Source: Octopus bimaculoides
Lineage: Eukaryota
Assembly: GCF_001194135.2 (NCBI RefSeq)
Contig: NC_068982.1
Location: 134,359,153-134,423,152, forward strand
Reading direction: 5' to 3'
DNA: 64,000 bases
Every line of letters starts with the position of its first letter. Position 1 is the first letter of the stretch. The translations under genes were made by a program, and so were the position numbers. The notes under the pieces are model-generated. The model saw only the letters and a program-made list of their open reading frames with translations, had not been told where the DNA came from and did no database searches. Below, piece by piece: positions 54,172 to 64,000 of the stretch.

Positions 54172-54806
54172 CAAAATATTTATGTAACTCTGATTAGTGA
54201 CTTGAAAATCCTTGGTTTATCGTAGGAAATATGTTGAGATAAGTCAACGGCTATTGTGTAACTTTAGTGCAGATGGAAAGCATTATTATTGCAAAGTAGG
54301 GCCAGAAAGTACTGGTTTGGTTTGACTTCAAAAAAAATTGTTTTAGATAAAGCTGTGAAGTTGGTAGACAACAACAAACCACTTGAATTGTTTGGTTGTT
54401 TGCCAGATTTCTTTTAGGTACTGGCAACTTGGTTTTGTTACACAAGCCATTTCCTCTCTTGTAGACATCAGATGGTTATCAGAGATGGATCTGTGTGTGC
54501 AGTCACTGGCAGAGGAAACGGTTTACTTTAAGCTAGATGGATTACATAAGCTGCTTGTTGGATGAGGTTTCTGCACTAATTCATCATATTTATTACTGAC
54601 CTGAAGTTCTGAAAAAATTAGGGAGGAAAAAGAAATTTATGTATTTTAACTCTAATAAAACTCACACTGAGAATCTACAGTTTATATTCTGATAATATTT
54701 AGTGGATCTGCCCCTCCCCCCAATGAATATTACAGTATCAGATATATTATTGCAACACCTGGATTGTATGAAAACACTGGTTTGGAATTGATACACTACT
54801 CCCTCA

Positions 54807-54842
<36 letters not shown>

Positions 54843-57001
54843 NNNNNNNNNNNNNNNNNNNNNNNNNNNNNNNNNNNNNNNNNNNNNNNNNNNNNNNNNN
54901 NNNNNNNNNNNNNNNNNNNNNNNNNNNNNNNNNNNNNNNNNNNNNNNNNNNNNNNNNNNNNNNNNNNNNNNNNNNNNNNNNNNNNNNNNNNNNNNNNNNN
55001 NNNNNNNNNNNNNNNNNNNNNNNNNNNNNNNNNNNNNNNNNNNNNNNNNNNNNNNNNNNNNNNNNNNNNNNNNNNNNNNNNNNNNNNNNNNNNNNNNNNN
55101 NNNNNNNNNNNNNNNNNNNNNNNNNNNNNNNNNNNNNNNNNNNNNNNNNNNNNNNNNNNNNNNNNNNNNNNNNNNNNNNNNNNNNNNNNNNNNNNNNNNN
55201 NNNNNNNNNNNNNNNNNNNNNNNNNNNNNNNNNNNNNNNNNNNNNNNNNGGGAGGGAGCACAGCAGATTGACCAAAAACCAGTATGTTGTAGTTGTAGGT
55301 GGTGGTAGTGGTTAGTTACACAAAATTATTAGGGTACTATTGAATATCCCATTATCAAAAAGTGATTCAAAAGAGGACTACATGGATGTAGTTTCTGCAT
55401 TATCTTTCACAGCCTCTCTGGAGCATTCTGTTTTCCATGGTTTGGTCTTGAAGAAAGGGCTGTGCTTATGACCTTTACCAAGCCTCCAAGACTAAGACAA
55501 GTGAGAGTGATGCCATTTATGTTTACCTAAACTATTGCACATCAACAACTGCAGCTAAAGAACATGCTCTGAGAATTCTAGAATGCTGACATTGTAAGAA
55601 GGAAGACTGAATATAGTAATATACATGGCTTGGTGGGGGTGGGCATAATATGGGTGATGGGTGGAGGAGAAATGAATGATTTGGAAGTTCCTGAGGGGAG
55701 ATAGCATTAGGCCAGCCAACATTAAGAAGCAGAGGCCAGTGCAGTAGCATCAGGGGGGAAAAATGCAGAGAGAGAGAGGATACAGCATGTCTGGGTCAGA
55801 GGCTGGAATGAGTTTTTGAGCAACTTAGTGTCAATTAGTCAAATGATTCCTTTCTTTAGATGCAATCTAAGATGTCAGTCTGTAGTAGCAGAAGCATTCC
55901 AGATACAGGAGCAATAGTCTATTTGGAGTCTCACCGGAGTTTGTAGATGAGGAGTTGGTGGTGGTGGTGGTGGTGGATTGGAATTATTTTCAGTCTCTTA
56001 AAAAGTCTAATTTTTTAAAGGTAGTCTTATCTGTGTTAAGGATGCATGTTTGCTAAACAAGATCACTTAGACTGTCTTGTCATACGAATCTCTTGTCAGG
56101 ACTACCAAGATCCTAGATTTTCATTTCATGAAACAGTGGTGTTTTCCTGTCAGGTCACACTGTCATGTGATAAACTGTGTTTTTTTAGCCGTATCATCAC
56201 TAATTTGTGACAAATTACACCACACTGCATTTGGACTAGACTATTTGAAAATTGTCTTGGGCAATGAAGTACACTGTGCACATTGACAGAATATCACACA
56301 ATTAGTAACCTTCTGACTGTTTGTCTTGTCCCTCAAGAACCCATTATTTTACTTTTACTGTTACTTATTGTTTTAAACTCTGAGGAATATTAAGCATAAT
56401 CTTGCTTGGAAACAGGTAAAGGTTGGCAACAAGATGGGCTTCCAACCATAGTAAATCTGCTGCATTAAATTCCATCTGACCCATGCAAACAGGAAAACTG
56501 GGCATTAAAATGATGACTAATATAATATGACCTCAGAACACTAAAACAGTAAATTGTACACCTGGTGATATCTAAAGCATCCAAGAAATATGTAGATTGC
56601 TACTAAAGGTTGAGATATTTTTGCAGAATTATCTCTTAGCTTGCTCCTTGGCAAGTCATATAGATTCATAGGAACAGTTTTCTGGTTTCTGTAGCATATA
56701 TATTTCCCAATTGGATGGGACACTGATCCATCACAGAAATACTCATTTTTGCTAGCTAAGGGAATTGGAGCAACATGAAATGAAGTGTTTTGCTCAAGAA
56801 CAAAACACATTACCCAGTCCAGTAATTGAAACTATAATCTTACAATGAGTCTAGTACCCTAACCACTAAGCTACAAGCCTCCACTCTCATGGCTGACCCT
56901 TCAATAATTCCTGTTTTTTGTTTCACTTCTCTCACAATTGAGATGTTGATATTTGGTTACCATTCTAGACATATTTACAAAATATCAAAGCTCCCTTTTA
57001 T

Positions 57002-57077
57002 ATCAATCATGTTTTCTTTTCCAACAAACTTGCAGAATAAAAACAGAATGGTTCTTAGCTTACCAGTCTGAAGGAAG
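57002..57077 (-). repeat. 76-bp inverted repeat, arm 2
   Basis: Reverse complement reads CTTCCTTCAG-ACTG-GTAAGCTAAGAACCATTCTGTTTTTATTCTGC...GATTGAT. Confidence 0.92.
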
Positions 57078-57293
57078 AGAAAAAGAAAGAAAAAAAAACC
57101 AACAAGGAAATAAGTAGTCATATTTCTGTACCATTATTTGTGATTGAATTTGATTCGCCTTTTCTTGTATTCTATCTTTTATAAACTATAGCAAAATATA
57201 ACATTACAGGGGATTGTACGTAAACAACTCTAATATCATATTATTCAACTGTATTGTAGTTAACCCTTTTGATTCCAATATGTCTGAGACTGC

Positions 57294-57507
57294 AAGGCAG
57301 TGAGCTGGCAGAAACATTAGCACACTGGGTGAAATGCTTAGTGGTATTTCACTTGTCTTTACATTCTGAGTTCAAATTCCACCAAAATCAACTTTGCCTT
57401 TCATTCTTTCAGAGTTGATTAATTAAGTACTAGTTGCCTACTGGAGTCAATCTAATTGACTGGCCCCTTCCCCCAAAATTTCAGGCTTTGTGCCTAGAGT
57501 GGAAAAG
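57294..57507 (+). mobile_element. SINE family B inserted into a piggyBac-type MITE (about 57264-57710)
   Basis: 17-bp TSD AATATGTCTGAGACTGC at 57277-57293 and 57508-57524; the host begins TTAA-CCCTTTTGAT. Confidence 0.9.
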
Positions 57508-59164
57508 AATATGTCTGAGACTGCCTTTGGTTCTATGTTACAAACTTCATGCTTTAAAGTGACCTAAATTAAAATCTTCCATGGAAATTTTACATTAATT
57601 TGTTCCAAATACCAGTTTAATAATGGCAAAGTTACTTGACTAAATTTTTCATTCTTTTCGAAATTGAATTAAAGATGGAATATTTCAACAGAAATATGGT
57701 TACAGAAGGATTACGTTCCTGTAGGAAAGTGACATATCTTAAGTTGGTTAATGTTTTAGTGTTCAAGTCAAAGCAACTACAGTTGGTGGGTCTGTGGTAA
57801 GGGACAGTGTCATGACCTTTAAAGACATTCCATAATTGATGAGTTAAATGTTTCACTTGAATTGTTGGAATTCAACACCTGCAGGAAAAACATGAGGGCA
57901 AGCTGGTGAATCCAGAGGTTCAACATTCTGGGGAGAGTAAACTGGAAGGTTAGACTCAACATGGGTAATGGGAGGAAGAGTGGGAGAAGTAGGAAGAGGA
58001 GATGAGTCTGGAATGCTTTGAGTTGAGATGACATGAGACCAGCCAGCTCCTTATTTCTCTTAGCTATGATGTTATACAACAAAGTTTGTTAAAACTGGTG
58101 ATTGCTTCCTTTCCTCTTAAATGGCTGTTTTCTTCCATTTCTTTTTATGTCCTATCTATCCAAGGACTATGTTTACATTTAATGCATAGAAATGTAGTCA
58201 TTGAAAAACATTTTGACTCCATTCCTTTTATTTATTTTTTCTTACATTTTTGCTGCTAATGATTTTCACTCATGAATCCAGATCTTATTGTCCTGTTATG
58301 TAGGTCGTGATATGCCAGTAACAGTACTCAAAGTAAATAGTACTTTAACAAATTGATGCCAAATGTTTTTATATGTATGTATGCACACACACGTGTGTGT
58401 GTATGTATGTGTGTGTGTATAAAATACCTAGCTCTACCCTAACAATTTGACACTGAGCTTCCTTCGCACCCACCAGTATTTGCTTTTGTCATTTTAGGAG
58501 GCAATTACTAGCATTATTTTACCCATTACTAATTCAAGTTAATGTGTTTATTATGATAATTACTAATATGGATGGACATATTTATGAATTCTTGTCGCAG
58601 CTACATAAAAGATACACTTTGACTAAAAAACAAATATTTTGTTAAGCTTTGTTTGAGATACAGTGTTTAACAAAGGGAAATAAAATACCAACCAGCAAAG
58701 ATTGTGATAATATTATCTTTTTAAGTCCACAATGTTTTATCAGTATTTGTAGTCAGATTGAACCTTTATAAATTCCTTTCTTTTATATACTTGTCTGACA
58801 AGTGTATAAGTCATTTGATCCAAGATGAATATCAATTTGCCACTATAATACTGTGAATCAACTGTTTTGGTTTCAACACAATCTAAGTTGTTATATTATT
58901 CACTTTTGGTTCATTATTTTTTCAGCTGTATATGTTGTGTGTATCAGTCATTCATCATACATTTACAATCTGCTCAGTTATACTTTATAATGAAGTAAAT
59001 AATAGTTTCTTTTCATTATGTGAAAGGTTATATACACAAGATGAGGAGGAAAATGCATAGTTTTGATGTTTATCCTGATCGCAGATATATCAGTGGTGTT
59101 TGTGAAAAACAAAAATGATTTCAATCAAAAATTGAAAGCATTTTCTTCTGTGTATCAGTTTTAA

Positions 59165-59563
59165 TTGATAGACATAGACAAGGCTGTATAGTTATGGCAT
59201 TTACTTCTAAACCATGTAGTTTTGGATTCTGTCTCACTGTGATGTAGCTTAGGCCAGTGTCTTCTACTATAACCCTGAGCTGACCAAAGCCTTGTGATAA
59301 ATGGAAACTGAAAGAAGCCCATCCATTGTGTGTACCTTTGTCTTGACATTATATGATAGTTGTAAGCAAGTATTAACATCATATGAGTGTTGTTCATTTC
59401 CAGACATTAAAAAAAAACATGTCTGGCCATGGGGAAGTATTTTCTTGCTCAGAAATAGATGATCGTTGGCAACAGGAAAAGAATCCAGCCATAGAAAACC
59501 TGCCTCAACAAATTCCATCTGACCCATGCAAGTATGGAAGAGTGGATGTTAAATGATGATGAT
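59165..59563 (+). mobile_element. SINE family A2: head, body D and RTE-like tail with (GAT)n
   Basis: Ends ...GACCCATGCAAGTATGGAAGAGTGGATGTTAAATGATGATGAT. Confidence 0.75.
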
Positions 59564-60767
59564 CCTGAAAAGATAAAAAGCAAAGATCACATTTGTCATT
59601 GATGGAACTTGAAACCAAAATATTCTAACTAAATATTGTGTGCAATTTTGTATTAAGAGGTCACTTTTTATCTTGTTTTGCTGAGGACTGGAGAACCTCT
59701 CTAATGCTGGTGCTATGATAACAGTCCTGAAAAAAGCTGAACATTATTAAAAGATAGTTTTAAAAATTAAAATAGACAATTGCTAGTAACTGAGGTTTAT
59801 TATGTCTGTAGAATATAAGGTTCTACCATTTTGGAGGAATCTCTGCCTCTAAAGTCTACTTGATATGACTAAAATTGTAAACTTTCATCTTTTAACTGCC
59901 TGTTGCATGTATTGACACAAAATGGAATTGCATATTTGACACTCATTCAAAACTTTGAATATTCATTGACTTCAAGTTAGGAATTTCTGTTGAAGTAATA
60001 CACATGTATTACTCTACTTGGAGCTGCTCTTTCGTAGATTGCAAATTTATTAGTTGAAATTAAAATGCTGACTGAAGGAATAATTTTTGTATTTTATAAC
60101 ATAGATGTACCTCAATTTCAGCAGCTTGTATTCAGTGGTGGTGGTGGTGGCGGGGTGGGGAGGACGTTAGTGCATTAAAGCTTATAAGTAGCCCAATTTC
60201 ATATATAAGACTTTTGAGACTTGTGTGCCATTAATTATAGTATATATTCAAAATCCTAATGGTGCCCTAAACATCTTTACTCAACAAAAATGGTGATAAA
60301 ACCCCCATTTATTGGTTGACTACACTTTTACAAGCTACAACAACAGATGTATTTCTTATTCTGCTCATTAGCAATGTTTTAAACCAAATTCAGGCACATC
60401 ATTTCAGTACTGTTGACCTTTGTTTGGCACATTATCAAGTGCTCTTGCTTATACAGAAGCAACATTTTAAGCAAAAGCAGAATTATTCCAATTTGCAAAA
60501 TTGCTGTTTGAAACTGCAAATGGAGAACTGATATTTTTGCAGAGTAACAAGAGCAAATGGTAAAGTTGCATACTGAGGTTGATCAAATCAACTGGCTCTC
60601 TCTCCATAAATTTTGGGCCTTGTGCCTAGAGTAGAAAAGTATATTTCAGCCATTTCCCTCGTCCCAGTTTCTATGCTACAATGTATATAGACAGCAATAT
60701 TTATATACAAACCTCTTTGAAGTTCCACTAATGAAGGCACCACATGACTATAAACCTCTATAAGCAT

Positions 60768-60834
<67 letters not shown>

Positions 60835-60864
60835 TTCAAATCTATTCATGTTGTAGCTAATGGC

Positions 60865-61160
60865 AGTTGTTGCTTGTTGCTTCTCAAGCCATGCCTGGCT
60901 CATAAGGGCCAGTTTTCTTAGATTCCCCACTTGGATGGGATGCCGGTCCATCACAGGTGAGCTGCTAGATGCAGGAGGAAAGAGTGAGAGGAAGTTGTGG
61001 CGAAAGAGTCAGCAGTAGTTTGCCCTTACCTTCTGCAGGGGCCGCATGGAGCTTAGGTGTTTCACTCATAAACACACACATTGCCCGGTCTGAGATTCGA
61101 ACCAGCAATCCTTTGACTGTGAGTCCGCTGCTCTAACTACTAGGCCATGTGCCTCCACAA
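60865..61160 (-). mobile_element. tRNA-head SINE (family C2)
   Basis: Collinear with 41275-41568; reverse-complement B box GGTTCGAATCTC. Confidence 0.85.
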
Positions 61161-61642
61161 GTTTGGCAGTATATGATGTGAATTGATTCACAAGGCACCA
61201 CATTAGATTTTGTAGTGCCAATGCCATCTTCACCAGACCAGTGTCTATATACATAAAAATAAACAATATTGACAACTGTTTTGCTCATCTTCGTTATGTT
61301 AATTAAAACATTTCTGTTAAGATGTTTAAAGCCATAATTTCCTCAGAAAACAACTCATGCCTGTTGTGTTCTTGTTTCCATATTCCTATTTCCTTCCTGC
61401 TTCATCCAAACTATAGCATCTGGTTTGATTTTGGCTTTGGAATTTTGACGACCTTGTTTATTTTAGTAACAACGTTATGACGGAAATAGTATGATTAGTA
61501 TTCAGTGTTTTAGTTTTTGCTAAAAGTTAGGAAACTAGGTGAGTTTAAAGGATCACTTAGAAAATTGTGTGCAGTAATGTTTCTATTTCATGAAAAGTCT
61601 ATCTAGGGACTTTCTCTACTTCTTTGACTGTCTGATTGTGCA

Positions 61643-61643
61643 T

Positions 61644-61684
<41 letters not shown>

Positions 61685-61940
61685 CGCTCTCTTACTCACT
61701 CTCTTTCTCTCTCACTCTCACTCTCTCTCTCACTCTCTCTCTCTTTCTCTCTCTCTCTTTCTCTCTCACTCTCTCTTTCTCTCACTCTCTCTTTCTCTTT
61801 CTCTTTTTCTCTCCAACTCTCACAGTCTCTTTCTCTCACTCTCTCTTTCTCTTTCTCTCCAACTCTCTTTCTCTCTCTCTCTTTTACTTTCTCTCTTTCT
61901 CTCCAACTCTCTCACACTCTCTTTCTCTCTCACTCTCTTT
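61643..61940. repeat. (CA)n followed by a long CT-rich tract
   Basis: Read directly from the sequence. Confidence 0.95.
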
Positions 61941-62308
61941 TATGGCAAAGAATCCAAACTAAATCGAAAACATCTATATATACAATGGCTTTCTTTCAGT
62001 TTCTGTCTACCAAATCCACTCACAAGGCTTGGGTCAGCCTGAAGCTATAGTAGAAGAAACTTACCCAAGGTGCCATGCAGTGGCACTGAATTTGGAACCA
62101 TGTAGTTGGTAAGCAAGCTACTTACCACACAGCCACTCCCGAAAAAGTAAGGGTTAATGACAAGAAGGACATCAGGCTGTAAAACAATGCCACAGTATAT
62201 TTATGTAACTCATGCTAGCATGGGAAATAGATGAACAATGAATGAACCGATAGATAGATGTCTTTGAAATGACACTGCTTGGGCATTAGCGACATTTATG
62301 CTCTACAG

Positions 62309-62598
62309 CATAGGTTCTCAAAGTGGGCGCTGGTGTCTAAGGGGGTAGTACAGGGGGTGACGGGCAGTAGAGAAAAAGGAAGCATTGGGAGGAAGGCAGT
62401 GGATTGAAGGACGCTATGAATTTATATTATTATAGTATTGTATACAAATTATATAATGTTAAATATCAAATGATTCAAAGTACATATAAATTAGTAAAAT
62501 ATAAAATATTTATTTAGACATAAAAATAGGGGTGGGGGTGCTGAGGGTATTATGTGGCCATAAGGTGGGCGGTGGCCCAAAAAGTTTGAGAACCTCTG
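62309..62598. mobile_element. hAT (Charlie-type) MITE
   Basis: TIRs CATAGGTTCTCAAAGT and AGTTTGAGAACCTCTG (14/16); TSD (C/T)TCTACAG matches 7/8. Confidence 0.85.
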
Positions 62599-63007
62599 TT
62601 CTACAGCTTAACGTGCAAAGACCAGTAGGTTAATGAGCTTTACTTCAAAACCAGGTAAGCTTTGGCATCAGGAAAGGAATCCATCCACAAAATACTGTCT
62701 CAAATATCTCTTCCAACCCATGTCATCATAGATGAAGAATATATAGAACCAATGATGATGGTGAATCTACCTACCCACCTTCTCTTAACTTCACAGTAAC
62801 CACTGCCACTCTATAACAAATGTAATATTGAGTGATGCTAGTCTTCTTTATGACATGTTGATAAAACGGTTGTTTTTGTTTTGTTGCGTTTTGCTGGTTT
62901 GTCTTCTGTCTGCTTCCTACCAAACCAGCAAAGCAATGTAAACAATGATGCCACCATTCAATAGAAACAAACCTAATTCAAAAACTGGCAAACATTTCTT
63001 TCTTCAG

Positions 63008-63063
63008 AAAAGTAACATGGAATCTGGCAATGATTGCATTGTGAACGAGAGAGAGGTTGAGAG
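63008..63063 (+). CDS. Candidate 56-nt exon, open in frame 0: KSNMESGNDCIVNEREVE(R/S); product unknown
   Basis: CTAAT branch-like site about 33 nt upstream, acceptor TTTCTTTCTTCAG, perfect AG|GTAAGT donor, and an internal AACATGG in strong Kozak context. Confidence 0.35.
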
Positions 63064-64000
63064 GTAAGTGTTGGTGTTGGTGAGATTAGTGTGTACGTGT
63101 TGCTGTAACTGTACATCAATGTCGTATATAAATAGTAACAAACAAACAAAACTGTGCAGCAACTAGTTAGATTCTTTCAATGTCATTCTCACCAATATTT
63201 CTGCGATTTAGAATTGTTTTTATACAAAGTCGCTACCTCACCTCTCCTCTCCCATTAAATTCTTGCTCCCCATACTCACTTTTTGCAAACACCTACCTGT
63301 AGACCTAATTCCTCTGTCCCCACTCACTTCTACTATCCTTCTAACTTGAGTGTCCACCTGGGCACTCATCACCAATATCATATCACTTTGAATCTCCTGC
63401 TGATCGTTCTCAATCTCTTTTCTAAACATGAGTAGCTGTGTTGCTCTTCTACAAGAATCTACTCTGCCTTCCCCCCACTCTACTTGAACCACTCATTTCC
63501 TAGAATAATGTTGACCTTGCTAATGCCAGTGACACGAAAAATACAGCCAGTACACACCGTAAAGTGATTGGTGTTAGGAAAGACATCCAGCTGTAGAAAC
63601 CATGCCAAAGTAGACACTGGAGTATGCTGTAGTCCTTGGATCCATCTGATGTTCTTGAACCATTCAATCTATGCCACTGTGGAACATGGACATTAAATGA
63701 TGTGCAAGCATGGCTGTGTGCACCATGTGATTTGGGGATCAATCAATGAGTCTGAATAATTGTGGGATTGTACACATCATGCTATATAAGCTTGTCTGAC
63801 TATTATATCATCAGTAGCATGAAACTTATAGCAGCTTGCATTTAAATTCTGTGTATATTAAATATCTATTTCTAGCTGGATCAATAACAGAACACATTTT
63901 CTCACACACACAATATAAAAGCACAGGCATGGCTCTGCAGTTGAGAAGTTTGCTTCTCAACCACGTGGTTTCAAACTCAGTGCCTTTGTGTGACACCTTG

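Noticed and set aside
63238-63492. 84-aa minus-strand ORF faintly resembling a LINE endonuclease segment
   Set aside because: The catalytic motifs are not recognisable by eye; a profile-HMM search would be needed.

Overview
AT-rich animal genomic DNA, dense in microsatellites and with several N-gaps, most of them at microsatellites. The repeat content (tRNA-head SINEs with internal (TA)/(TG) tracts, RTE-type LINE tails ending in (GAT)n, many short MITEs) looks like an octopus genome; this is an inference from recognising the repeats, not a database result. I cannot identify a confident protein-coding host gene. The long ORFs in the track are microsatellite or N-gap artefacts, and the only clearly protein-derived ORF is the C-terminus of a 5'-truncated RTE LINE (6625-6891). 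The window is best read as intronic or intergenic DNA filled with nested mobile elements: at least four SINE families, RTE 3' fragments, hAT-, Tc1/mariner- and piggyBac-type MITEs with target-site duplications, and one Helentron-type non-autonomous element. Two isolated exon-like segments have good splice signals (3451-3680 and 63008-63063). The most notable observation is a roughly 450-nt rod-like fold-back element at 27807-28260 with a minimal type I hammerhead ribozyme motif at its apex (U3/A8 core variant, palindromic ACTAGT helix III), resembling a Penelope pseudo-LTR or a retrozyme. Also notable are a 76-bp, 92%-identical inverted repeat pair carrying an AG-4nt-GT splice module (54096-54171 and 57002-57077) and a SINE whose internal microsatellite acts as an insertion site and module-swap point. 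Repeat boundaries were read by eye and are approximate unless a TSD or TIR is quoted.
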